From Takakia lepidozioides (taxonomy: Eukaryota > Plantae > Bryophyta), in contig CM060733.1 of NCBI GenBank assembly GCA_030704615.1, positions 74,772,001 through 74,836,000 on the forward strand: 64,000 bases of DNA, in the 5' to 3' direction. Of the stretch, positions 1 through 13,300 are shown piece by piece. Below the pieces are notes generated by a model that searched no databases, was not told the DNA's origin, and saw only the letters and a program-made list of their open reading frames with translations. A program made the translations under genes and the position numbers. Every line of letters begins with the position of its first letter. Position 1 is the stretch's first letter.

Positions 1-1890
1 GTGTGCCACCTTCTTTGCCCTGGCAGCGAGAGCGTCAAGGAAGCTCTCATTGACGCATTGGATGATGGTTGGAGGTTCTAGCTTTGGCCTGTGCATAAAC
101 GTCACCGCCGAATACCGCCGTGTAGGCTCGGCCTCAAATGCCAACTTCTTGGCAGAGCCAGTCCCACTCCGAACTGACTTGGGAACCCGGACGACCGGTG
201 ACTGGGTAGGAGCAACAGCAGTCGCAGGACCTTGAACAAAGTCGTCGTCCGAGTCACTCTCTTGGGTCCCCTCCTGCGCCTCCTCCGTTGCCCCGATGGT
301 TTTCTTCTTTTTGGGTGTTACTGCCTTCACCTGTTTCCTTGTACTTTTCCTTTGGCCTTTACTCTTCTCATGCAATTTCTCCTGAATTCCTGCCTGAGCA
401 AGCTCTGCCGCTTTCCTGGAGTTCGCAAGCGCTTTTGCCTCTTTTGCACCCAACGGAGGCAGCGGAGCCCGGTTTCGTCGGAATTCAGCATCCAGCTTCA
501 ATTGAAACTCGTATGGGTCGAGCGAGCCGGGCGGAAGGTCCACATACCAAGGGCAATCACGCAAATGTTCCAGATGCCACTCCTTCACAATATCGTCAGT
601 GTACATGGAGTCAGCCCCAGGGTTCCTCCATGCCAGGAAGAATGGTGGCTCGAAAGACAGATGACCTTTCTCCAAAAAGGAGAACTTGCAGTACCTGCAT
701 TCATGAAAAACACAATGAGGTCCCTGAAATGCATATTCGGCACCATTTTCCCAGGTTGGGGCGGATGTGAGTGGGCCTAGAAATGGAAAAATGGCGCCGA
801 GTTTCGGTTTTCGGTGACTGCCACCCTAGGGACTTAGCCATCTTGAGAGCCCTGAACTGGAAATTCGGCGCCATTTTTCCCGGTTTGGCCCAAAGATGGC
901 TAAGTCCCAAAACGGCAATAGGGCCTAGAACTGGAAAAATGGCGCCGAATTTCCAGTTCAGGGCCAGCCACCCTAGGGACTTAGCCCGAAAATGGCTAAG
1001 TCCCTGAACGGCAATAGGGCCTAGAACTGGAAAATGGCGCCGAATTTCCAGTTCGGGCCAGCCACCCTAGGGATCTAGCCCGAAAATGGCTAAGTCCCTG
1101 AACGGCAATAGGGCCTACAACTGGAAAATGGCGCCGAATTTCCACTTCGGGGCCAGCCACCCTAGGGACTTACCCCGAAAATGGCTAAGTCCCTAAACGG
1201 CAATAGGGCCTGGAACTGGAAAATGACGCCGAATTTCCAGTTCAGGGCCAGCCAGTCTAGTGACTTAGCCCGAAAATGGCTAAGTCCCTGAACGGCAATA
1301 GGGCCTACAACTGGAAAATGGCGCCGAATTTCCACTTCGGGGCCAGCCACCCTAGGGACTTAGCCCGAAAATGGCCAAGTCCCTGAACGGCAATAGGGCC
1401 TAGAACTGGAAAATGGCGCCGAATTTCCAGTTCAGGGCCAGCCAGTCTAGGGACTTAGCCATTTTCGGAGCCCTGACTGGAAATTCGGCGCCATTTTCCC
1501 TAATACCACATGAGGCTTCTAACATCCTGAAATGCAAGGACTTCAAAGAAAGGCAGCGCGTATGTACCTGTACAGAAGGCGCATTGCTGCTTTGTCCGCG
1601 TTCGGCTGGTCGGTGAACTCGTGGCTCCGGCGAGCATCTGCTATCTCCCGAAAGAATAGGTTGGTTTTGTAGAGCAGAAAGTACCTCGTCACATAGTCAC
1701 GTAGGCTCTCTGCTGCAGGAGATATCTCTATCTTGAACTGATGTGCTTGTGTGTCCAGCTGCTCTTGCGCATTCGTCGTCACCTGTGGAGATTCTCCATC
1801 AGATCGCTTTCCTTCAAAAATACAATGAATCCTCCCCCTACTAGAGTAGAAGCCCCAAACGAAGCGTGGGGAAGTACCTGAAACCACCAT
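1..1890 (-). CDS. Spliced CACTA-internal gene of unknown function; exons 1890-1568 and 694-<1, running off the window
   Basis: Donor CAG|GTACAT at 1568/1567 and acceptor TGCAG|G at 695/694 join in frame (..MRLLYR-YCKFSFLEK..). The 694-1 frame has no stop for 231 codons and has Lys-rich and acidic tracts. It is absent from the ORF track because it has no stop in the window. The start codon is uncertain. Confidence 0.65.
735..1500. repeat. About 95-bp tandem minisatellite (about 6 head-to-tail units plus inverted partial units at both ends), intronic
   Basis: CTGGAAAATGGCGCCGAATT recurs at 931, 1027, 1121, 1216, 1311 and 1406. Each unit contains CCCTAGGG and the hairpin GGGACTTAGCC-CGAAAAT-GGCTAAGTCCC. 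Confidence 0.95.
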
Positions 1891-2523
1891 GTCATGTGGT
1901 TCATCCACATGTTGTGAAAATCGTTTCTTTCCCAAGTCCCTACTTTCTAATCACCGCCCCAACATCTACTAATCAGCTAAGCCTAATTCCCCTGGTCGTG
2001 CCTGTTGACTAAGCACTAAGTTATGGATATGTGGCCCTGATCCACGTCTTGATAAGATCTTACGAGCCCAAAACTTAATTGCATGGTTTCGCATAGTCAT
2101 GCGCCTTAGTGTCACAAGACGGCGTCCCCTCGTCCGTTGATCAATATTAGATCAATTTTTGTCACAGACCCACCCTGTCACATACTCACACTGTCATTCA
2201 TCCATGTGATGATCTGGCAGAATGCATTAGAATGAGAGTCATGAAGTCATATGTGCGTCTAGCAATATGCACACGTCATTCCAATATAGCCATGACCGTA
2301 ACTGGTAGTCATATCCGCCATGCCAATATTTGTGGTCAAACATGTTTGACCTGTGTCGCGCGAAGTCCGGAGTCGTACAGTCGCATATACGACTTCCCCA
2401 TATGTGCGTGCGTTACTGAAAGGCATTTACGACTGCATTTATGACTGCAAATGGCATTTCTGCCACAAATCTGCCATGACTGCACACCCATGGCAGTCAT
2501 GAAAGCCGCAATCTGTTGTAGTG

Positions 2524-4243
2524 TGTAGCCGAGGTTGTCCATTATGGATTTATGTAGAGAGACCATGTACTCATGGTAAGCAAGTTGCTGGTTGGTGACC
2601 GATTCAGACAGTTTGTGCTCCATGTCGTTGATGTCGCTTCGTAGATCGGTTCTGATAGATATGGTGTGAGCTTCGAGCTTCTGGTCGATTTCCTTCATCC
2701 ACTTTGCGCGGCCCTCCGAATGCTTGGGAGCGGGTTGGATAGAGATCGACTCAACAGTGTCAAACAAAGCCTGGTTAATGTTAGAGACCTTCGGTTTGTC
2801 GAGCAGCTCCTGATCCGGTGGTGAGATTCCATTGATACTGTTGTGGTGAGGGGTAACCGTGATGAACCTTCCGTGGAGTCCAAAGTCAGGCTTGCTGCAC
2901 CACTTAGTATAGATTGTAGGGTTCTTGCAGGTAATATGGAGCATGCCCAAATGCTTGGTGGTCTCCGAAAAGGCAACGTTGCAGAAATGAGTGTGGGTGA
3001 TATTCCCAGGGCCGAAAAGATTGTGGAGCTCGGTAAGAATGGCTTGCTGCGGATGCAGCATACTTAGATTTTTAGTGGTGGGCGCATTGCGCTTGGCGAT
3101 GGTATCTGCGTTAGCTCAACGGGTTCCCGCTTTGCCTTGCTTTTTTATCCTGAATGCGTGGTTTGATGAGCACGTTTTCAATGCGAATCCCTAGCTCCAT
3201 AATTCGGGTCCTAGTGTCCTCCGTGGCCAGATTGATGAAGCCAAAAGATGATTCGGGGTTGGGCTTGGTCACGTGGAAAATCTCAAAATTGTCGCCATGG
3301 TCAAAGGTCTCAGTTATAAAATGCATAGCCAACTGGGATCCCACTGTGCCTTGTAGAGTATCGTCAGTAAAGTACAGCGACAGCCTGTCGGAAGATGCAG
3401 TAAGATCGAACGCCTTCTCTACTTTCCCTTGTAATTTGACTCCAGGCTCTATTTCCAAAACAAAGGCTCTGTCGCCTCGGAGTAGGGCCAGACCATCGGT
3501 CTCAGGGTGCAACAGTTCAACCTTTAGGAGCCCAGACCATATCTATGTAGCGGGCTTAGAATAGATAGAGATAGGGGAGTAGAGGACATTACCTACTACT
3601 TAGTTTTATGTCCATGTCCAAGCTGAATCGTTGAGTGGCCCGGGTGAGAACGAGTGATCGTGGAAGCTCGACCTCTGCGTCAAATCGTATCTTCACGTGG
3701 TAGGGGTGGGCTGGGAGCTCCGTGGAAGGATTGACAATGGTGCCGCTTGGCAATTGCGTGGGGTGCAAAAACTGACCACTGACCACTCTAGCCATCGGGG
3801 CGGGTAGTAGGGTAGAGTCTCTGCGGGACCCGTGGGAAAGATTTCCTGCAGTGTAGCAACTCCTTACATTCTCTGGGTGGGATGCCAAGCAGCAGGAGCT
3901 CTTCCATAGTGCGGTGCTCAGTAATAATAGGCCTGTTGTTTTCATAGGCGTAGAGCTCTATGTTCCGGAAACCGTACCAGAGGTGGAGGGCGGTCTTCTC
4001 GCTGCTAATTTCTTGGCGCTGTAGCTCGTGGGTGTCTTGCAGGTGATTGCACGATTTCTTGGATTCAGATGGGGCAGGATCGTCGGTACTGTTGGCCTCA
4101 CTGGAGGCTCTCTTGGCCCTGTGGTTGGAAGAGCCAGGGCCATTGCTGAGTTGGTCTTGATTGTGAGGCGGGGGTGTCGTGACAGCAGAGTCCGTCATCT
4201 TCTGGTCGTCGTCTTGGGTTGGGAGCACACTCGTTGAGGGCAC
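2524..4243 (-). pseudogene. Frameshifted ORF1-like protein of a non-LTR retrotransposon (RRM-like segments, C-terminal coiled coil), truncated by the CACTA insertion
   Basis: Four consecutive minus-strand ORFs (3788-4243, 3589-3945, 3111-3512, 2524-3061) read as one protein. Motifs SFGFINL and HLGMLHITCKNPTIYTKW..GRFITVTPHHNSING resemble bryophyte LINE ORF1 from recall; not searched. Confidence 0.5.
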
Positions 4244-6279
4244 CTGCGAATTGGGAAGATTGGGTGCAGGGGGGTCGATAATGCTGCAGATTTGCTAGCT
4301 TTGTTTTTGGGTCGGGATTTGAGGGGAGTAGCAGACAGTGGGAGGGAAGACATGAGTGAGAATGGGGGAGGGAATAAAGGGGGGGGTCACACAGTGGGAT
4401 GGAACTAGTAAAGAGAGAGGGGGGACCGTCAGCGCACGTAGAGTATGTTATGCAGAGAGATTGTAGATGGGGGGGGGGGGGTTATGGGTGTGGGAACATT
4501 GGTGGGCATATGGGTGCGGTGGGTCAGGTGAAATCGTGTAGGATGCTGTCAGAGCATAGCCCTGAGCATAACTAAATAGGTCAGAGTGTATTAATTTAGC
4601 TCGATAAGGACTTGTGGTCCTGGAAAGTGAGAATGCAGGGGTGGGAATTGTGGTAGATTGGAGCGCCGAGGAGGGAAATGGTGTATCTGGGCCCTCTGCT
4701 AGTGGGCACCGATAAGGGATGAACGATTGGTGGGGTTGGGATAGAGAATTTAGGGTGATCTGGTGAGGGTGATGAAAATGTAATGCGTTGCAGTTGGGAA
4801 GGTGGAAGAGTGGAGTAGGGGGTCGGGTATAGGACATAAATAGTAATTTGGCATGGTGACATTTGAAATGGACATGGTAGAGCTGTGATTGAGTAATGCT
4901 TTTGAGCCTGTGGAAAAAGACCAAAGTAGTGTTACAAAAAATAGGGGGAGAATTAGGAGTGGGGAGTGAAAGAGCAGGAACAAAGTCTTGAGAGCCTGAA
5001 CAATTAAGAACTATTACAGGATAATGGGTTGCCAGTAGAGTGTCTAATTGTGGATTCATTGACATAGAAACTGTACGTTGATTGAGGGTAACTAATTTAG
5101 GGCCTGTGTATAGGATGTTGAGCAGCAGCTTGGCGGGGTGGTTGAATACAGATGCGAAGTCATAGTTGACATAGTGTGCCAGCAAACAGTGGAGAAGCTG
5201 CAGAGATGTAGCTGGGCAGACCACTTGAGCAGATAGCTGGGGTAGGCATCAAGCAGGGACAGTAGAGTTAGTCCGAGTGGGGATTGTAACCGGCGCAGGA
5301 AGAGAGACATAATAAAAGTGAGACGAGAAAATTGTGGTGGGAGGGATGTATTCTGAGCGCAATGAGATCATATGGGGGATTATAGAGTAAGCGTGTGGGA
5401 TGAGGTAGTGGTATACTGAGCAGCAGGGGGGGAGAGAGTTAGCACGAGTGGAGATAGCAGATGACAAACAGATAATTGAGGACTGGGGGGAGGAGGGAGG
5501 CCGTAATCAGAGTGAAGTAATGCATGGGCAACAGTAATAGGATGTACCATGATGAACCAGAGATCAGGGAACGGACATATCAGTGTGTCAAGGTAGTCTT
5601 GGGGGTCGGCCTAGGGAGCCCAGCAGATGCGCCAGCAAGATGATCTGATATGGAGAGTGCTGTATTGGTCTTGCTGCCTGCAGGATATCAACAGGCCAAG
5701 GTCAGGCCAAGGGTGGGGAAGGGGCAGAGCTCACAGCTCCCTCTTGGCAGTACCACGCCGACAACTTGGGAGGTGGACGACGGTCTCCAGGCCTTTGAAG
5801 ATGTTCCGTTTCGTAGGTAGAGCTCCTGCGGGGTCGACAGCTCCAAGCAAGACACACTCGGGCCGCTGAGATTTAGATGCTCATTATCAGGGAGGTAGCC
5901 AGGGAGATACAAACAAGTGCTGAGAGGATAGTGACGGAGGCCCGATGTAGATTCAGCTGAGTGACTGGGACCGTGTAGACGCTCCTCTATGCAGACTTGA
6001 TATTGTAGAACCGGTAGTGAGCGTGCATGTGCTGATATGGCTGGACTGTGTAAGCCTTGTATAGAGCTCTGGAGGAGACTCGTCTCTGCATTTGAGAACA
6101 GTGCATCTGCTGTTTGATAACATGATCATGAAGAGATAAATGTTGTAAAGGTCTCTGAGAGTGAGAGAAAAACCAGTTGACGACGGTTGAGGGAGTATGG
6201 GTAACGGTGGGCAGCGTAGCACGCAGTTGATGTGGAGGCTAACGTGTTGAATGATGAGACCTTCGTCTTGCGAAATTGC

Positions 6280-6613
6280 AAGACACGACATCAGCTATGG
6301 CTGGAGCTTTGCAACTTGCTCACAAAGCATGCAAACAAGGTCTCTGGGTTGCAGGTGGATCACATTATCCGGGTGGGATTGGGAAGTTCACTGATGAGTT
6401 AAGCCGCCTGTGGACATCGCTTGCTGATGACTACATCAGGCGATCGCACTTCGAAAAAACGAGAGATGTTTATGAGGAGGGTATGATGCAAGTCTTTACC
6501 GTTACAGATTTTAGTAGGATATTTGATGCCTAGACTCAGTTTGAGGAGAGTATGCTGGCTGTTAACATGGAGGACCTGAATGAGGAAGAAACTGAGGATG
6601 TGAAGAGCAGTTA
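6280..6613 (+). pseudogene. SYF1: Fragment of pre-mRNA splicing factor SYF1/XAB2 (HAT repeats)
   Basis: Translates as KTRHQLWLELCNLLTKHANKVSGLQVDHIIR / GIGKFTDELSRLWTSLADDYIRRSHFEKTRDVYEEGM...IFDA*TQFEESML. One frameshift near 6372 and an in-frame TAG at 6531. Confidence 0.85.
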
Positions 6614-7237
6614 AAGCAGCCTACAAAAGGAAAATTATCCACACTATTCAAATATACGCATATCAATGGACAATATGTTCCATATGGTTGAAGTTGGCAC
6701 AGAAAATCTTTGTATCTGGATACTAAAAAAAATGACGTCACAAAGTAGTGGATCTCAAGAGACCATGCATAATAAGGATATCTGAGGGCTCACTATGGGA
6801 ACTAAGGACAAGGGTTGCGAACTAACATTGCCTTACCACATTTAAGGTGAGCATTGGGTGATTTATCTCCTCCTAGTCATCCCCAATCTTCAGACGGCGC
6901 ATCCAAAGCGTCCTTCATTCATCCATGGTGGAGCATGCGTGGCATGATATCAGTGGTTGGAAATCTGCATGCACTTCCCCAAATTGCATATTAGTAAATA
7001 ATTTAGTATGTCTTTTCAATTCATCTTTTGTTGAAAATAAACCAACACATAACTAATCATAATGTGGGCTAAGTATCAACTAATCACCCAAAGCCGTGCG
7101 GCTGCCCTTCTCTGCTTCTTGTCCAGAGATCTCTGAGAATATCGGCATAGGGCGAATCAAAGTGCCTTGAAGGAAACCAGAGGCAGAGTTAGAAGGCATT
7201 TGCAGTTGTGGAGTTTTGTAACATCAGAGGAAGAGAG

Positions 7238-9123
7238 ATGGCGGGAGCCGCAAGCACGGCTGTCAGCAGGTGTGCCATGTTTCGGCAACAACAAGGGGGC
7301 CTGAGTGTGTGGCCAGTTGTAGAGTCCAAGACCTCGTTTGCATGTCTCTCCACTTGCAGAACAATGACGGGCACTGCATTGAGGTGCAGATTTCCGCACA
7401 AGGTCCAAATAGGCTTCAGGTCCCCTGTGCCTGCGCACGCCATAGCTGCCGAGCAAGATGTGGTATCTGCAGAGCCTTCGACTGCTCGTTCAGAACAGGT
7501 TTGTTTCCTCTTTTAGATGTTTCTGCTCTGTGCGTGCGGGCTTGTGTATTGCCACAGCTCGAGTTTTGGTCGCATTCGACACCTTCTGGAGCATCTGAAG
7601 GGTATACCGTGGACTACTTGCACCTTCTGTCTCTTTTTAAATAGGTCTCCCACTCTTTCTTTTCACCTTTTCTGTCGACTTTCCTCCGGCTGAATTCCAA
7701 ACAGACCGTGAAGCAAATTCATTTTCACGAAGAAATGAGCGAGTGCTTTATCCTCTCCACAGTCCTCCGTCTATCGCCTCCGGTCATTGCCTATATCTAT
7801 GCCACCATCACTGCATGGTCGTTGATTACCCCGCCGTATCTGTGTGACATTGCTCTACATCCTTTGCAGGTTTCAACACTCGACCAATATCAGGTCACTT
7901 TTTTTGCCCGCTCTTATCAGCCCGCTCTTATCAAACTTCGTTCATGTATTTTTGTTAGTTTGAGTGGTGAGATCAATGAAATTATCCTCGCAATGCACTC
8001 CCGTTAATGTAGGGTTCATGTTAACCCGAGGTTAGTACTTTCCTTATTGCAAAGTGTCGAGATTTAGGTTCAGATGCAGGCAACTACCATGTCCTGCTCA
8101 GAGGGGATGTACCAGGATACATTGATTATACAAATATTTGTCATGGGCTAAAGTAACGAAATTGCCATGTACATTACTGTGAAGGGGAGGGAGGCTAAGG
8201 ACTTGCATGTAGACATGTTGTCCTCCAGGGCTGGGGCACTGAATGCTGAGACAAACACTCCTAGGGAATTGTCTTTGTGGGTTCGATTGGGACCTGAATG
8301 CAGCCATTCCGGTTTGAATGGCTCTACCTCTTAGCAGCATGCTATGTCTCCAGTAGATGTGAGCCACATGGTCTGCAAGTCAATCACTTGAAATGTGCGA
8401 ACATACTTTCAAATCAGTTCGGATGATTGATGAAGCACTCCTGGCTTCTGGGCACCAATGGCTGAGTGTATTGTCTGTCGGTTCTCTTGTGGGGTTGCCA
8501 CAGAAAACAAAATATTACTTCCTGATTGCCAATGCCAAGTTCATGCTGGACGAAGAGGAGCACTTTCAAGAGCTAATGCAGGAGCGCGGACGCAACTATG
8601 GGGAGCGTAACAAGGCCAGGGACTTTTGGCTGGTGATTGAACCTCAATTCCTGGACAATTTCCCAAAACTTGCTGACCGCCTCAACCGACCAGCCGTGGC
8701 CCTTGTCTCAACTGATCCTGTCTGGATCACGTAGGTGCCATCTCCCAGAGCTTTGTGTGCCCTTTGTGTACTGCTTGGGTCTCTGTTTTGTCTTTGCTTT
8801 ACTCTTCCATCAACAGTCTCTTTCTTGTGTTGCACCCTTCTCCACTGCATGTCCCGGAGATTTCTAGGAGATTTCTAGAACCTAGTTTGTGGTGCACATG
8901 CGGGAAGCTGTAAAGACTTTCTTCTGTACTTTCCACCTTTTGCAGGTTCATGAAGCTAAGGCTGGACCGAGTTCTCAAGGGAGAATACGAAGCTGACACA
9001 CTTGCTGAGGCATTGGCTGGAAATTCAGTTGAGCTCAAATTTGAAAAGCCAACAATCTGGAAGGCTCCCTACCCCAAATATGAGGGCGAGTGGTGGACCC
9101 CCTTCTTGCTAGAGGAGGCCTAA
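7238..9123 (+). CDS. YCF54: YCF54/LCAA, Mg-protoporphyrin IX monomethyl ester cyclase accessory protein, plastid-targeted; exons 7238-7498, 8504-8730, 8946-9123 (about 221 aa)
   Basis: Motifs YYFLIANAKFMLDEEEHFQE, DFWLVIEPQFL, ALVSTDPVWITFMKLRLDRV and WKAPYPKYEGEWW. GT-AG introns are in phase. Exon 1 looks like a transit peptide. Confidence 0.95.
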
Positions 9124-10318
9124 TTTATAGTCTTCAACAAAGCATTACGGTAGCTACTTCATACTGCAGGTTGACTCTTGGGTTTAGGTCCATCAGGGGC
9201 AGCTGGTTAGCAACAGAGGAACTACACCTTTAAGTAGAAAAATTTGTGTTGGGTACAGATTGATATCAGAGTGAGTCCATGGGTTTGAGTTCAAGGCTTG
9301 GCCACAGAGCAGAGAGGCAGAGACAGAGAGGGTGCCAAATACAGTGATGGTGAAGCAGGCAAAGGGGTCTCTAGTTCATGGGAGATTTAAAACGCCATTC
9401 AATGACACAGTCACCTTTGGTTTAGCTGTTGTGAAGGAGTAAAGGATGGGGGTACGTTTTCAGATTCTTGTAAGATGTTTGTGGCTGCTTCTTCAGCATA
9501 GTTGATCTGACAGTAACCTGCATTGCATTCAGTTGAAGGCCTCCTTGGAAATTTAGAATCGTGGCTGAAAATTTCCTCTGTAAATTTGAGTACTTCCATG
9601 TCCAGAAAACCCCATTCCACAGATTCCACATTTCTGCCCCAGGGACACCACATTCCATCTTTTGCCCTGCGAATTGGCAGAATCTGCCTTATTCAGCCAT
9701 ATTTTTACAGCAGGAACTTTACTTCTTACACAAAAAACTGGCTACAACTATCTTAAGGCAGCTGTGAAAGAGATCTCAATAAAGGCAAACGTCATGGCCA
9801 AGTGCATGTTATCTGCATGTTCGTGTGCTTCCTATCTTCCACATATTGGAGGCAAAACATACACAGATTGACTCCTAAACGTTAACTTTTGTCAGTAATC
9901 TGCAGAGAAGTGCTTAGGAGTGAACAAAACTTATTAGTCGCCAGACTAAGCACAAACTAGTTGAATGTTTGAGGAGCAAATGTACCGCCCAAAGCCCTGA
10001 CATAAATGCCCAGATTCCATAAAAGAGGGAAGGAATAAGCAGTTTAGCTTTGGAGTAGGACCTGCTATAATAGACCGGTGTGGAATCACCAATATTACTT
10101 AGGGCTCTGTTTAGTCAACTTCAATAGATTGAAGGCACCAAAGGTGGTGTGACTAGGCTACAGGGGGGCCAGTGGTACATGAAAAGGCTTGTCATGGAGC
10201 ACAGGGTAAAAGCCACTAGTGAACTTTCTTTCCCTGCAGTGCCAAAGAGACTTGAGCCCCAGAGGCCGCAACTACAAAACATGACAGATGTGACAGATGA
10301 CCTCTGGAAAGGCGCTTA

Positions 10319-13300
10319 CTAGCCAAGAACACACTCTTTGAACTTTTGAAGGCACTTCAGCGCACTAACGAAGTCAGATTCATCTAGAGCTATCACAAAC
10401 CGGCAATAATCTGGGATGCCTGTCCATGAACTGCTGCTCACAGAGAGGCCTGTGGTATGCATAATCACTTTCCGGATGTTGTGACTACCAAGTTTTTCCT
10501 CCCGGAACGAGCCCCCCTTTACAATCATCCCTTCATATGCAGATGGCCTAGCGACCATAGACACACCTCCACATGGCTCAATGACCGCCCATCCACAGTC
10601 TGACAGCACCTGAATCCAGCAATGTAACCAAAGTGTTAGCTGCATGTGAAACAATAACATTAAGGTAAAGGGAATGGGGAAAGAGATCTCTCATGAATAC
10701 TGCTCTTTCCTGAACTTCGTTTGCAGAATTGTCATTTCTATATGGGCTTTGCAAAGAAAACTTCTCGGTCATAACCATCCCAGATAAGCACTACGTGTCC
10801 GCTAAATCTTTTGCCTTCCACAAATGAGATCAACTGTTGTTCTTACAATCTAACTTGAAGTTGAAACAAGTCACATGCACCATTAATTGCAACAAGACAG
10901 ATGGCTTGCTGCAGGCAGTCAATAGGCATCTGGGCACTCAGGAAGACAGATATTAATAGGCAGACAGTTACAACTCATACCTTGCATAATTGCTGGGCTC
11001 TGCGCTGAAGTGTGTGCTTCTGCTGCTCCAACCCATTGATGAAAATGCTAGACTTCCGGTCCAACATCCCCAACAGTTTTTTGACCGTGTACTTGAGGGT
11101 GCCATGTGGCCGGCTGATTGTGGGTGCATCCTTGAAAGCTTCAATGTATACTGGGTCTGCCACAGCTGCATATCCAAACTCCAGCCCTCCAGTCATCATT
11201 GCAGTGGAGAAACCCCCTAGTAGAGCAACAGCATATGAAGAGTTCTCATAAGATCCTGAAACCACTTGCTCTAGGTTCCACTGTGCATGGTCATTTTTGT
11301 CACAAAATTCCAGTCCAGAATATGATGTATCCAGAATCACCCGAGCACCATGATGCTTGCAAACAGTAAGAATTGCACAAATATCAGCTTCGGTGTAGAT
11401 GGCCCCTGTTGGATTGACCGTGGGGCCTGAGAGGTACAGCCATGGCTTTTGAATGCCCTTTAGAAATGGGTCAATCTCCTTTGCAGTAGCCTTGAATGAG
11501 TTGGAAGCATCTGTTGGCAAGGTCTTCACCTTTGCTTCAAGAAACTTTGCAGCAGAAAAATAAGTCCCATTCGATCCCATTGGAAAGACGAGTGTCCCAT
11601 CCTCCTCCACGCAAGCAAGCACCAACTTTGTAAAAAGGGAGGTAGAACTGTCACTCAGGACTAGTTCTCTGCAGTGTGTCAGAGGAAGCCCAAAACTGCT
11701 TCTTACAAACTCGATGATTTCCGGCTTTGGGTCCATCTCTGCTTCTGCGATGTTCTGCCGTGCAAAGCCTTCAAAAACTGACACCTTGACTGCTGAAGGC
11801 ACTGGGAGTGCATTTTCGTCAAAATCCATGCAAATTGGCGGCGGCTCTTGGGCAACAGTGACATTCTCAACTTCGCTGATTGCTGCTTTTGCATTTTCCG
11901 AGACCTTAATGAATGGAAACTGCTTGTCTTCCTCCCTGGGCAGCCTCTGAAAGAAGATACAACAGAAGCGCTTATTGGTCTGAGAATGATGTGATACTGG
12001 CCACCACTGCCTCATTGGAATGGGCAGTCTCTCAACATTAGTTACCCAATGAACATAAAGGCTAGTGTAGCACACTAATGCTTTGAGAGAGGAAATGGAT
12101 CGGCATCAAAATAATAAAAATGCCCAACCAAGTGGTATTTTGAAACATAAAGTTGGTATCTATACTGCCAGTCACACCAGAAATCATGCCTGGAAGAACA
12201 ACAAGAGAAGTGAAATGAAATGGTGCTTTATAACGTCCGCGGAAAGCTCATAGAGCTATGGGACAAAATGGAAGAAAACATGAGAGGAAACAAAAAACCC
12301 CCCCCCCCCAGAGCCAGAGATAAAAACTATTGTTCGAGAGAGAAAGAGAGCAGATAGACCATGCACAAGCCCACAGACAAGCATTAATATACAGAGGGAA
12401 ACCAAAGCAAATAGAAGAGGTGGGCAGCAAACCTGTTCAGTGGTGTGCCGATCAGGAAGCTGGAAGCTCAAGAGCTCATGCAGGAGGCAGCCATAATAAA
12501 ATTGGCTAGAGATAGCTGTACGGCCATATGTGAGGTCTCCTGTCTTGGTCAAGGTTTCCAAGAGGCTCTGATTTTCTGAGATCAGGAATGCCACTTCAAG
12601 ATCCGAGTAAACCTAATAAAATGCATCCACCCTCCACGAGCGTCAGCCAAATTCAGAATCAGAATCTTTTACTGTCATAACAGAAGTGATGCCAAATGTG
12701 CTGGTTTTGTTACCGTCAGCTTCTTATAGAGCTATTGCCCTTTGCAAAGAGACAATGAGTTAACGGTTAGAAGAAACACGAGGGCAGCTGGACAGCTTCT
12801 TGAATGGAAGGATATTCCTGCCTGCCTGCCTTGCCTACTGTACAAGAAAGATTCTTGCAGTAGACTTTCCTTGATAGTGTCCATGGACCACTGAACAAAA
12901 TGAGTAGTGAATTTTTCACCTGGTTTTTGACAAGGCCACAAATGATGGTGGCATGCTGCGGAAGTGCATGGGTTGCCATGAACTGCAGTACACCATTAGA
13001 TCCTGGCAAGCTTGAAAGCTCCAGGTGGTCCGAGATGTCCAAAATCAAGCGTGCCCCAATGCTGGAGGTTGCTTCCAGAAGTTGCTCAAATGCTGTAGAA
13101 GTCCGCATTTCAAAATCAGCAAGGCTTGTTATCACAATCTGAGGCTTCAGATGCTTCAACAAACTCACCACTAAGTCCGACCGATGAGGAGATTCCACTA
13201 CTGTCACTGTATCAAATGATTGGCGAGTTGTCCCATTGCCGACCTGAATTGACCAAAGTAGGTAGCAAGCATCTCCTATTAGCAATCTGCTTATTGAGCT

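Larger units (their letters stand above)
1..2523 (-). mobile_element. CACTA (En/Spm) DNA transposon, 5' end; the rest lies left of the window
   Basis: The minus strand from 2523 reads CACTACAACAGATTGCGGC. About 500 bp of GTCATG/CATGAC-rich subterminal sequence follows. The element cuts the LINE ORF1 relic exactly at 2523/2524. The second TIR and the TSD are not in the window. Confidence 0.75.

Noticed and set aside
232-780. Plus-strand ORFs 232-780 and 288-770, and similar antisense ORFs over MMT, HOP and piggyBac
   Set aside because: They are shadows of real coding frames on the opposite strand.
735-1500. CRISPR-like array of palindromic repeats
   Set aside because: The sequence between hairpins is the same in every unit (no unique spacers), there are no cas genes, and the context is a eukaryotic intron. 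It is a minisatellite.
4330-6275. ORF2/RT of the adjacent LINE, or a real gene (258-aa ORF 4448-5224)
   Set aside because: No recognisable APE, RT or recombinase motifs. The ORFs reflect strand-biased C/T-rich composition. Probably decayed TE sequence but unclassifiable by eye.
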